Shown piece by piece: positions 36,544-49,548 of a DNA stretch of 64,000 nt (position 1 is its first letter; each line of letters begins with the position of its first letter). A model generated the notes under the pieces. The model saw only the letters and a program-made list of their open reading frames with translations, was not told the DNA's origin and searched no databases. This DNA comes from Salpingoeca rosetta (Eukaryota; Protista; Choanoflagellata): assembly GCA_033442325.1 (NCBI GenBank), contig JAWQFM010000031.1, positions 190,036 to 254,035 on the forward strand, read 5' to 3'. Made by a program: the position numbers and the translations under genes.

Positions 36544-38886
36544 CGACGCCGTCTTGCTTTGCAGGTTGGCTGGGCGTGCGACAATGCTGAGCTGGATCCT
36601 ATTCGTGGCCGCGGCTGTGGCGACAATCTCTCGTCGTACGCGTTTGATGGGCAGCGCGGCAAGTTCTGGCACGGCGCTGAGGGGGGCGAAGACACAACCC
36701 TCAGGTGGAGGAAAGGTGCGTTTCACGAGTACACGTGTGTGTATTTTGTGTGTGCTTCGTGTGTGAGTGCGTGTGTGTGTGTGCTTCGTGTGTGAGTGCG
36801 TGTGTGTGTGTGTGCTTCGTGTGTGAGTGCGTGCGTGTGTGTGTGTCATCAGCATGCCAATGTGTACAAATCACGTGTGGTGTTGTTACCACGTTTGCTG
36901 TATTGAGCACGTGACGTCGCTGTTTTTGACTCTTTTCTGAGTGTGACAAACTCCCTCACGATGTTGATTGCCCCCCCCCCACCAAACACACGAACATCTG
37001 TCATTTATCGTACTTCCGTATCGCCTTGCGTGTTCGCTGGGTGTGCTGCAGGTTCCACGGTGTCGTGTTGGCTGGATTTGCATGCAGGCACCATCTCGGT
37101 TTCTGTTGACGACAGCGACCGTGTTCTTGCGTTTGAAAACGTTGACACGTCCCTCGCCTGGGCGCCGTGTGTTTCCCTCGCACCGCGTCAGCAGGTGTGC
37201 AGCTGCAATTGTGTTTGATGCCTGTGATTGGTCTTGCATCCTTGTGCGTGATGGTGCGCGTGTGTCTGTGTTTTGATTGCGGGTGATTGTTAGTGCGCAT
37301 AAGCTCTTCTGTTTGGTTCTTGCGTCGATGTGCTTGTCTTGTGCGATTTCGTTTGGGCCGTTTTGTCTTAATGCTGCGAATGTGTGAGGTGTGATGTGTA
37401 AGGCGTGTACGTACGTGTAGACTGCATCTAATCTCATTCATCCCTACTTGTAATTCCCATCCAACCCACCGTCTCACCCAATCCCTCTTTTCCCCATCGC
37501 AGGCCACTGTGCTGTCGTGCATGACAACGGCCTCGTGGCAACCGACCGACATGACAACACACCCGAGTTGGCAGCCCTGGCATGACTCTGACGATGGCAT
37601 TCGCGTGGGCACGAGCACAAACACATGGACTGACACCACCGTGTGCGCACGCGCACCGCAAGTCCTGCTTCACCTCCACTGCAACTCAATCTCCCTGTAC
37701 TTTGAGGTGTGCATGTGCATGTTTCCGTATTTGTGTGCATGTGTGTGTGTGCATGTGTGTGAGTGCGTGTGTGCGTGTTTGTGGGTGGCTGGCTGGGTCA
37801 CGTGTTTGCGTTCTTCTCTCTATCAGGACGACTCTTTGCTGAACCACTTCCATCACATCGTCAAAAACCACTGATCTCATGACATCTCCCCTCTCCCTGG
37901 CCGTGTCGTGTTCTCAGGTGCCGCTGTGTGAAGCTCTCGGTGCCACCATCGGTTATCGCGACTGTGTCGACAACAGCTTGCACGCCATCTGCCACGTTGA
38001 TGCGGACGGCACGCTGCACTTTGGAGCGTCACGGCACATGGGCCATGGCAGCACAAGCAGTCCCCGCGAGCCTGGCATGCACGCTGGCAGCAGCACCACC
38101 AAAAGCAAGGGGCACGGTGACGATGGTGGTGGTGATGGTGGTGATAGTGGTGCCATTGAACCGTTTGATCGACGCCGGCAACAGGAACGCGAGCAGGAAC
38201 ACTGTGATCCTGGCCTTGATCTGGCCATTCCCGGGCAGGAGAAGAATGATGGTGACGATGGCAACGGGCATCGTGGTGGTGGCTCGCATGGATTGCATGT
38301 CGCGCCATCTTCACTCGTAACTACGCGTACCCGCAACGGTGCGGGTGCTGCTGCTGTTACTTCACCATCGCCTCCACAACGCGGGCAACCGTCATCAACT
38401 TCAACAGCAGCAGCAACACACATTGCACATGTGCGGGCTGGCGGCGCACTGGATGTGATGTGTCGCGATGACGACGCTGTTGTTGGATTTGGGCTTCTTA
38501 CTGGGGATGACATGGCTGTTGTGACGCTCAACGGACAGCTGCTCGGTACGCCCTCACGACGTGCTCTTGCAGTCTCATGTTATGTTGTGTTGTGTTGTGT
38601 TGTGTTGTGTTGTGTCCCGCTGTTGTGATTGCTCACTTTCAAGCATCACATCCTAACGAGCCCACATTCATCTCCCCTCCCCACCCGCTTCCATCTCCCC
38701 TTCTTGGTTTCCACAGATGTGGTCGAGTTGAGCCACCGCTTGTGCAAGCCCTTCCCTGCTGTGAGCCGCGCTGTTCCCATCAACGTCGGGCAGCGCCGCT
38801 TGCGCTTTGCTGTTGCCAACTCGATGATGTTTCGCCTCGCAGCCATGCGCTCCCTCATCCAGCGCGTCATCGCAGACCTCCAGTAA
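23791..38886 (+). CDS. Very large protein: N-terminal hydrophobic anchor, armadillo repeats, long low-complexity region, two SPRY-like domains
   Basis: ARM-like helices ([25 protein letters not shown]). Long Q/G/H/D-rich exons at 27099-34300. SPRY motifs RNDSWTFE...GILQVGWA...[15 protein letters not shown]...VSCWLDL, and a second at VVGFGL...VTLNG..PFPAVS..INVGQ. Stop at 38884-38886. Joining all parts into one gene is an inference. Confidence 0.7.
23989..24084. repeat. 34-bp minisatellite, about 3 copies, in intron 1 of the ARM-SPRY gene
   Basis: Unit TGCATGCGTGCGTGATTGTGGCGCTCAGTGTGAA with a few substitutions. Confidence 0.85.
26486..26605. repeat. (GAGT)n tetranucleotide repeat, intronic
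   Basis: Seen directly, near a donor site. Confidence 0.9.
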
Positions 38887-39405
38887 CACTGGGTGTGTGT
38901 GTGGGGGGGGGGGGGGGGCGTGCGCGTGTGTATGGTGTGTGTGCGTGTGCGTGTATGTTGTGTGTGCATGTGCGTGTATGTTGTGTGTGCGTGTGTGCGT
39001 GTGTACGTACGTGCGTATGTTGTGTGTGTGTCTGTCTTTGTGTCTGTTGAACAACTCCTACTCTTCGCATCTCTGTGTGGCTTTCAGTTGTGGGCTACTT
39101 CAACGCTACTTGTTGTATGTCTTCTACAATCGTTTTGACAACATGTGAACGACAATGACTATGTGACAAGAAAGTGAATGAGATATGCACATGTGCACTC
39201 AACCTACAGATCTAATACAACACATTTGTCAGAGCACTCGCATGGAGCAAACAACAATAGCAGCAGTGGCGTATGTGTGTGTATGTGTGCGCGTGCACAA
39301 ACGGCGACGTTTGCTCCACCAGCCTCAACGATCACAATCACCAACAACACCAATAACATCAACTCGCCAACAAAGCACCACCACCAACAACACCCCCGCG
39401 CCAGC

Positions 39406-42400
39406 TCATGCCTCCTCATCAATGGCCTTGAGGTATGATCGGTGTGCACGGCGCATGGGGAACTTGAACGCTTTCCCACCACCAAAACCGCCACCACCAC
39501 CGCCACCACCACTAGTACCGATGCTACTGCCCACGCTGCTGGCAATGCTGTCACTGCTGCCGCGACCAGCACGAATGCCGTTGGGGGCACCTGGTGCGAA
39601 CGAAGAGATGGGAGAGAGGGGCGACATTGGTCGAGAGAACGGGAGAGGCGATGATGGGCAGGTGGCTGGCGAGGGTGGTGCCCCCGTGAACACCGTGTCC
39701 TCTGTGCACGACGACATAATCTCAATGTACTGGCCCTGGTCACCAACGGCGGACTCGCGCGTTGGCTTCGATGTTGCAATGTTGGTGGACGATGTGGAAC
39801 ACGTGGACGGGCGTGTCGTTCGCCCACCGTACGACGACGGCGTGTGCGAGTTGCTGCCGCGCCCGTGTGCGCGCACCTTTGCCATGGTCTGCTGGCGCGT
39901 GTGCAACCGCTGCTCGCTCGAGGAGAAGAGGGCGTCGCGCATGCGCTCTGAGAGGGCGACGTAGTGGGCGAAGATGAACACGCCCTGCAGTACGGAGAAC
40001 ACTGCAAAGAGGTATTGCCAGGCAACCGTGTGCACGTCCACAATGGCCATTGCGGCAAACACCCACGTCAGACCAAGGATCCAAGCAAAGGTGAAGCCTG
40101 CACGTGCCTGCACACGCGTCGTTGCCTCCTTGGAGATGGAGCGAAGGCTGCTGGCCATGAGGCACGTGTTCACCACGAGCATGACACCGAGTGGTACGGC
40201 AAACCCGTACAGCGATGACGTGTTCATGTCCAGCCAGCAGTAGTCCGTGGATGTGTACGTGCTGGGAGAGGCGGCGTACGTGATGCCAGCGACGGCAGCC
40301 GATGCCAGGATGCATGCAAGCAACGCTCTGGGGATGGAGATGGGCTGCTGGTCCATGATGTCCACGAAAGAGCGATAGATGTTCACGCCAATCACAATCA
40401 TCCACGCAAACCCGAGCACCAGCGAAAAGTGTAGCGCAAACGCCATGCCCACACACCCCGCATTGCTGCTGCTGCTGCTGTCGCTGCTGCTGCCACTGCT
40501 GGCGGCTGAAGCTGCGTCGCTGCTGTTGCCACCTGCGCTGTCCAACGTGAAGGCCTCCGTCGCCGAAGACGTGGTGCCGTCGTTGCTGCTGCTGCTACTG
40601 CTGCCTGCGGTGAGAGAGCCACTTGTCAGCAGCATGACCAGCAACAGGCACTGCCCAACAACAAGAATCACAGCAAGCACGACGACGAGGCGGTGGTGTT
40701 CCTTGACAAAGGGCTTGTTCCACACGTACGCATACACGAGTGCAGCGAGCACAAGTGCTGCAACGGAGAAGCCGGAGCCAACGTATGTGATGAGCTGGAG
40801 AGCGAGCGTGTCCGTTGAGCTGAGGGTGGACACGCCATCAGACTTCATCAACACCGCATACGACGTCGTGTGCGAGCACGTGCACGTGACGCGACTGCCG
40901 TCATCGGAGATGTCTGTGGCGCATCCGCTTGTGTTCCATGTCCTGGCTGATGGGTCCCACCAGTGGCAGACGAGTTGGAAGGTGACAGTCACCGAATCAC
41001 CACCTCCGCTGCTGTCGCTTGTGCTTGCGCGGCAGTTGGTGGTCGCACTCACGCCCTTGCCAGCGTGAAGAGGGTCTTTACACAACTTTGGCGCTTCATC
41101 TGTTGCTGCAGGCAATGGCACTGAAACTGACGGCGACGACGACGATGATGATTCTGATGCTGATGATGATTCTGATAGTGATGGGATGCGGGTCATCTTG
41201 ACTTCAAGCACAGGCCCGCCAATGGCCTGCAGGTACGTGCGAGTGCGCAGTTTCGAGTTGCGGAGCTGGTGGGAGGACAGCGTTGTGGCCGTGGCCATGG
41301 CAGTGCGCAGCACAATGTCCGTGTTGTCGGAGCGAGGATGGTCCATCGCATGGGACATGTTGAAGGCCACTGTCAAGCGCGCAGGCTCGCTGTCACGAGT
41401 GCCGGCATTGCCTGCTCCGCTGACTGATGGCCACGTGAAGTTTCTCCCACTGGCGAGTGTGACGTCAACAACATCTGACACGATGCCAGCGCCTTGCTCG
41501 CGCACGCTGCACAGGGCACAGGGAGGGCTGGCGATGGTGCTGTTGACGGTGGTGATGGACACGTTGACGAGCGGTGAATGTGCGAGCACTGTTGCTTGTC
41601 CTAGGCGCGAGAGCTGATGCGGGCAAGCAGGCAGAGGAGGGCGAGGGAAGAGGAGGAAGCAATGGGTGAGTCGGTGTTGTGACCGCGCGCATGCTGCCAC
41701 GCAAACGGAAAAGGCGCGGACACTGAAATACAAGTTGATGTGTACATGCACACACACACACACAAACAAACAAACAAACAAACAAACACACACACACAAA
41801 CAAACAAACAAACAAACAAACAAACAGACAAACAGACAAACAAACAAACAAACAAACAAACAAACAAACAAACAAACAAACCTCAGCAGGGATGGTGACG
41901 GTGTTCTGGAGGTAGGATGGAGTGAGGCCACTTGCAAGTACAGCTGCGCTGGTGGTGTCAATGCTGATGGTGTCGTTGGTGGAAATAAGATTGAGGAAGT
42001 ACTGGCTGGTGCTGAGGTCGGTGATGCGAGCCAACACACTGGTCAGGATACCAGTTGACGCATGCACGAGCGAGAGCAGCGTGTTCAGCAACGGCAGCGG
42101 CGATGACACGATGGTGATGAGCTGTTGGATTGTCGACCCCAACAGCGACAGCACAGCTGACGACAGGTCTTGCACCGTCGCCAGGACACCGGCCAGGTCG
42201 AGTGACTGCAGGACGCTCGCCACACCACCGAGCAGCGTATCCACGACATTTGTGGTCAGCGACAGGCCCTGCGTCACGACGGTGCTGATGGTGGAGAAGG
42301 CAAGCTCGAGCGTTTGTGCCACAAGGCCTGTGTATGCGCTCTGCACCAAATTCAGCACGCCGCCGAGACCGCCGCCACCACCGACACTGGTGATGCCTGT

Positions 42401-44223
42401 TAGCGCGGACGTGACAAATGCGCTTGCAGTCTGCTGCAGCACACCGGTAATGTCAAGCACAGCGTCGATGGCGCTTGTCGTGTCGACGATGGTTGCTGTG
42501 ACGGTGGACTGCAAGTTGTCGAGAAGCCCAAGGCCAAAGAGACCGCCCGATGGCCACGACCACGACGATGACGACGACGTGATGTTGCATTGGCTCACGT
42601 CTGGATCGAGCCAGCCCGGTGTACCGCAGGAGCCTAATGACGACATGGTGACGGAGACGGTGGTGGCCGTGTGTGTGTGTGTGGGGGGGGGGTGAGAAGA
42701 AGAACGAGTGTGAAGGGCGGGCAATCAAAGCGAACGTGGGTTGTTTGATGGACGCACATGCGCAACCACACACAGGCAAACAAGTGGGAACAAATGCGTT
42801 CAACACACATACCAGTAGGTGCACATACACACGCAGACACAAATACACACAAGCACACACAAGTACACACAGGCACACACAAGAACACACACAGACGCGT
42901 GCACACAAGCACAAGCACGCACGTAAAAGCAAATAGCACACTGTGTGCGCACCTGTGAGAGCACCGAGGAGGCCGAGAGGCGAGGACGACTCGCAGCAGT
43001 AGCGGTAGGCAACAGCGCCAGGGGTGCTGGGGCAGGGTGCAACAGCAACAGCACCTGTGGCATTGGGCCATGCAATGCCGTCCAGCATCTCAGCCGTGCA
43101 AGCAGACGATGACAGATCGGGAAGGAGGGATGGCACAATGGCTGGGATGGACGTGATGATGGCAACCGCCTGCGTCACGACCGACACAACAACGCCCAAG
43201 ATGTCGATGGACAGGATGGCGCCCAACACATTTACGGCGGGGAGAAGCGTGTGCTGCACCGCTGTGACGGCACCAAGCAGCACCTGCGTTGTGCCCAGCA
43301 GCAGCGTGCCCAGCAGAAGATCCAGAACACCCACCAGCAGTCCCACCAGCGCCCCCAACAGCCCACCATCAACTGGTGCGAATGCGCAGTGCATATGTGC
43401 GTGATGTATGTGTGTGCGTGCGTATGATGTATGTGCGTATGTGTGTAGGTGTGTGTGTGTGTGTACGTGTGTGTGTGTGTGTGACAGTGTGAGATTCGAT
43501 GGTGATGTTGATGACATCAGCGACCTTGGCTTTTTTTGTGTTGGGTGTTGACAACGCATGGCGACACTGCTCGCTTGCATACAGTTCAAGCGTCCACACC
43601 TTGGTCTGCGTTTTGCAGGCACGACGTAAATTGCTGCACCTCCGCCACGTGCGCATCAGATTGGAGGAGATGAAACGGGCACACACTCAAGCACTCACTC
43701 GTCGCCCCACACTGGCGTGTTGTGAAAGTGTTGCAGAGGGAGGACATTGGTGAGAAGAAGCGTGCGTTGGAAACAACAGGGCGTGATGTGTAAAGGACAA
43801 GGTGTGATTTGCGTGCGTATCCCGTGCGAGCATGTGTGTGCATGTGTGCTCACCTCTGCCACTTGTTGCGCAATGCAATCGATGGAAGCGCTGCAGCCCG
43901 TGTGGTCATTGCATTCCTGTGAGACGGCGGATCTGCATGTAAACGCCTCCGCCACAGGCAGGCATGCCGCTGGTGTGGTGGGGAGAGCAAAGTGGCGGAA
44001 AAAGCAGTCGTGGAATTATAGAACAGCGAGAAGAGGAGACAGGTAATGACGTGAGCAGTTGGGTCAGCGCGGGGCAGTTGGTGCAGCAGGTGGTAATGTG
44101 TGTGGATGTGTGTGTGTGTTGTGGCGAGTGAAGTCCAAAACAGTCATGCACACGTACACACACACACACACACATGTGCACACACACACGTGCACACGCA
44201 TCGCGCGTACACAAACATGAACG

Positions 44224-44269
<46 letters not shown>

Positions 44270-45185
44270 AACAAACAAGCAACTCACTGAAGGATTGACA
44301 GACGAGAATTGGGCAGCTGAGGAGGGTGCACACAGCGTCCTCTCGCACAAAGCACTTGTTGTCCTCGTAATCATATGCGCAGGATGATTCCTGCTCGCAC
44401 GTCTGTTCGTCGGAGATGCCACCGCAAAAGTTGAGCAGTGTTGGCCGGCACCCATACCACGCACACGCCTGCGACCTGCGAGACAAAAGGTGTGTGTTGT
44501 GTGTGTGTGTGTGCACACGCGTGTGTCGTGCGTGTATGAGGTGAGATGAACGGAAAGAACAGTACTCACACAAACAGCGGAACGAAAGGCAACGGGTGGC
44601 GCAATGCTATGCACTCAGCAGCCATTCATAACTGGCAACAGCAACATCACACCACTTACGCGTCGCAGTTTGATTTGGAGGTGAACTGCGTGCAGTGATC
44701 CTCAGGATCCGTCGTGGACAGCACTGGCAACACAACACAACGGAGAACGCGTGTATGTGCATGGTGTGTGAGAGCATGGTGTGTTTATGTTTGCGTGTGT
44801 GTGTTTCAGTGTGTTGGCGTGTTTGCACATATGAGTGTGCGTACAAGCGTGTGTGTCAGACGTTTGTGTGTTCTCACCATCGGTTGCGGTAGCGGAGAAC
44901 GACACCTCAAGTGCGAGCGTCGTGCTGGGCGTCTGGTGATGCAGGCCATGACAGTGAGCATAGGGGAAGGCGGTGAGAGGGGCAAAACAGGTGGAACGAA
45001 AGACAGACAGAAACAGAACACACAACCACACACACACACACACACACACACAGGCACACACACAGGCACAGGCACACACACAGGCACATACACGCACACA
45101 GTCACACACACCCGCACACACACACACAGTCACACACACACCCGCACACACACACACACAGTCACACACACAGTCACACACACAG

Positions 45186-45248
<63 letters not shown>

Positions 45249-46691
45249 CACACCAGCAACATCATGCCCACACCTGTCCGGTGAAGGTGAGCGTGTTTGA
45301 CGTAAAATCGGGTGCACCGTCAACAACAAAGGCGGCGTGATGCGTGGCGTTGGCTTCGCTTGCAGCAAACGTCACAGCACGGCAGCCAGCGGGCAGGCTG
45401 TTGGGATGCAGGAAGAGGTGGTGATGTGAGGTGCTAAGTTCACAGGAGCGGTAAAGAGTGGGTTGGAGCCACGGTGACGCACACACACGCACAGCCTGTA
45501 AGCACGCATACGAGACACGCACACGTCGACACACACACGTAAACACACACATACACACACATACGTACACACACACGTAAACACACACATACGTACACAC
45601 ATCGCTGGCAGATGAAGGCGGTGCGTACCTTGTGTGGAGCACGACGAGGAGGGTGTCGAGGTTGGCGATGGAGGGGACTGGAGCATCGGCATCCCAAAAC
45701 AGCGGAACACCCGTCCACCAATTTGGCGCCAAGAGAACATTCTCTTCGTCGTCCGCAGCAATCTAAAGGCACGCACGGATGAATGAGAAGCGTCGGCGGC
45801 AGCGCGAGATCAGGACGTGCAGGACTTGCATGAGACAGACCAACCATGGGAACACAGACACACACAGGCACAGACACAGTCACATACACATACACACAAA
45901 CGCAGACACACACACACACACACGCAGGCACACAGGCACACCCACAGAAACACAGACACACACACACACACACACACAGACACACAGACACATAGACACA
46001 CACGCACACACAAAGCAACAAAACAACAAACCACGCAAGGTACAGTCTCGTACCGTTGGAACGGTGGCAGCCGTTGCCGAGGCGGAGGCAACACGATCTC
46101 CGATGATGGACGACGATGAGAGTGTTGATGGCGAGAAGTCCACAGCAGATGTGCTAAACACGGTCACGTTCACGCTGGCAGCAGCACACGCCTGGCGATG
46201 CGTTGGGGGAAAGGAAAAGAGGGGGGGGGGGAGACGAAGGGTGAAAACAGTGCATGGAAGTGGCGTGTGGAAGGTGTGCGTCGGGGAACGGTGCGTGAGG
46301 GTTGTAGAAGGGTGCCGAGCAAGCGAGGATGGGGAACATGTTTGTTTCAGCATGAACGCGTGTGTGTGTGTGTGTGTGTGTACGTGTGTGTGCGTGTGTG
46401 TGTGCGATGAATGTGCAGCGAACACATGTTTTCGGACACAATCGTCCTACGTTGGTATCTGCTTCAAGAAACACGATGGGGAGAGTGATGTCGTTGAGCG
46501 TTGCCGTTGCAGGCACACCAGACAGCTGAAGAAAAAAAAAAATACACGAAAACAGAGAAGGGAGGGGTGTGGGGTATGGGGTGAGAAACACAGCAGACGT
46601 GGCACTTGGGGTGCGCCAGTACGCAAGTTGAAAACTTCGCACACACAACACACGCACACACCACACCACACACACACGCACACACACACAC

Positions 46692-46742
<51 letters not shown>

Positions 46743-48097
46743 ACCAACACCACCACCACCACACACACACACACACACACAGCGCATGCACACAACGCAG
46801 CACCAATAGCAACCTGGAGCGGCTGGGCGAGGGCTTCGATGTCTCGTCGCGACACATCTGCAGTGTGCCGGTGCGTCGTGTTCACCGTGGCTACACGACC
46901 AGCAATCTCACGCATGAACACGCTCACGCCAGTGGTTGCTGCACCCGTCGTCGCGCCCCACGTGAGCGCGGGCGTGGTGTACGTCGTGCACTCTGCGGTA
47001 GATGCGTCATGCACGGCAACGGAGCATGTGATATCGCCCTCACAGAGCAGCGCGCAAACGCCGGCATCTGTGATCCCACTCGCTGTCGTGCCGGCACCAC
47101 TGGGCAGCCCTGTGATGTTCACCTGACGCACAGCATGCAGTGCGCGGTAATCTGTCGTCGTCGTTTTGGCGGTGGTGATGGTGGGTGTGGTGGCGTGCGC
47201 AAGTGCGCGTGGTTGTGTGTGAGCAAGTTGTGCGCGCAAGTGTTTGTGAGCTGGAGTGTGTGTGTGTGTGTGTGCGTGTGTGTGTGTGCACATGTGTGCG
47301 CGTGTATAGTTGCGCGCATGTGCGAGTGATGCGCTCACACAAGTCGACCAACAGCACAACAGCACAACAGCACAACAACGCCGTTGGTTCTCACCGCGAT
47401 TGAGAGCGACATCAACCGCAGATGCAGTGATGTTGTGCAAGACCACATGGCTCGATGCGTTGGTCGTCTGTCGGCCAAACAAGTCGGTGGATTGGTGAAG
47501 CAGTCATGAATGGTGGTTTTGCGCTTCTCAACGTCAGTTCAACATACCCACACACACGCGCAGAGCACAAGGCACCCTGTCATTGACAGAGATGCGCACA
47601 CACACAAAGCAGACACACAGACAGACACACACACACACACACACAAAACCACACACTTTTCCTCCTTCTCACCTGGAGCCTCCAGAAGAGGTTTGCTGCT
47701 GCGAACGCGTTGGCGTTGAGCGCGAGCGTTGTAGTGACGGTCGTCGCCTGTTCGCCCAACAGCGACCCGTTGGCAGCCCGATACGCACCCCCATCATCTG
47801 TGTATGGATGGGATGCGAGCGATGAGGGTGTGTGTGTGTGTGTGTTATGTGAGTGTGTCGTGTGCGTGCGTGCGTGCGTGTATGTGCGTGTGTGCGCGCG
47901 TGTGTGTATGTCAACATGTGTGCGCTCATGAACGTGTTCTTCATCTCCTGTGTGCTTGTGTGTGCTTACCGAAGACGGCCACGAGTTCCCAGGTGACAGA
48001 ATGATTCGTCTGTTCATCGCGGAAAGGCACAATGCAAAGAAGCGTGAGACAACAGAGTTTAAACTTGTTCGCTCACCACACACACACACACGCACAC

Positions 48098-48145
<48 letters not shown>

Positions 48146-48803
48146 GAGCAGACGCAGTCGCACCAGCGTGGATGCAGTCAGGGCGAGGGTGATGTTGTCC
48201 ATGTATTGGACGTCCACCACGGCCTGCACCTCTGCCAGGGCTTCGCCTTGTATGCTGAGGCCGTTGCTTGCACGTGTTGTGGTTACAGCCAGCAGCCCAG
48301 TTGCATCAACCTGCCAAGCAGGGACGCAGTGAATTGGAGGGTGGGGTGAGGGTGTGCGTGAGGAGATGAATGCAGGCGTTGATGGAGGCAGGGTGTTGTG
48401 GGGGGGGGGGGTGTTGGAGTCACAGCAATGCAAACGGATGCACCGCCACGACTCCACACACGTTTTCACACGGCTTCACACACACACACACACACAACAC
48501 ACACACACACACAACACACACACACACACACACAACACACACACACACACACACACAACACACAACACGAAGACGCACCGTTGCCCGATACAGGGAAGAC
48601 TGGTCAAGTGCGGCGATGGAGGCGTTGACGCCTGGGATGAGGAGGTGGCTGCTGGTGACATCATCAGCTGGGGCCAAGCTAGCCTCAAACAGCGGCACAG
48701 TGGCGGTGGTGGTGCTGCTGCTACTTGCTGCTGCTGCTGTCGTGCCCACAGCCAACACCGTCGCGAGCACCACCAACCCAAGCAGCGCTGCGGGAGCAAT
48801 CAT
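39406..48803 (-). CDS. Adhesion GPCR (signal peptide, PAN/apple-like and Cys-rich ectodomain, HRM, GAIN/GPS, 7TM)
   Basis: GPS motif CHWWDPSARTWNTSGC...CTCSHTTSYAVLM, followed by secretin-like 7TM (ALQLITYVGSGFS, YCWL, ILGLTWVFA, QYLFAVFSVLQGVFIF). HRM motif CTAEMLDGIAWP..CP...RYCC...WLDPDVSQC. Signal peptide MIAPAALLGLVVLA. Confidence 0.92.
41763..41881. repeat. (CAAA)n repeat, reading (GUUU)n from the adhesion GPCR donor site
   Basis: Seen directly. Confidence 0.9.
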
Positions 48804-49548
48804 GGCGCCTCCCTCTTGCTTGCTAACTTCCGGCTATTGCGCTCTGCTATGTGCGTGTGTGTTGTGGTGGTGGTTGCTGCTGCTGCTGTTGTTATTGTTG
48901 TTGTGGTGGTGGTGGTGGTTGTTGTTGCAATAAGCGAGACGTGCGCTTCGCTTGTGAGCAAGAATGAACCACGGCCCTGGTGGTGATGAATGAGGGACGG
49001 TTGCGTCTTGCTCGCTCGCTGACAGGAGACGACCTGCTGTACCTGTTCCGAAGAAAGTGGCCACGAGCAACTCAGGACGATGCGGCGATGCTATGCGTAT
49101 TGGGGTGGTGGATGAGGATGACTGCAGACGCATCCACTCACTTCTTCGACACACAGACAACGCCTTCAGCTATGCGTGCTTTGGTTTGTGTTGTGTTGTG
49201 TCGTGTCGCGATATCCTTCAAGTCCGTCAGGGTTGTGGGCTGTTGGGATGAAGCAAACCCCTGCAACAACGGTTCGCCACTTCGCTGCAGCAACACACAT
49301 TCGCGTGCCTAGGTCTAAACATCATCATCGTTGTCGCGCGCACACACCCCTTTTCCCTTCTCGAAGGTATGTATCTGCATGTTGTTCGTGTGAGATGATG
49401 GCAATCGATTGCTTGTTTTGGGTTGAGTGAGTGCATCATCATGATTGAGCGAGGAGGACAGCCTCGCCCAAAGTGCGAAGGACTGACCGCACGTTTGAGC
49501 GTTGTGCAACAACGACACCCTGACTGCACGTCTGAAATTTAGCATAAA

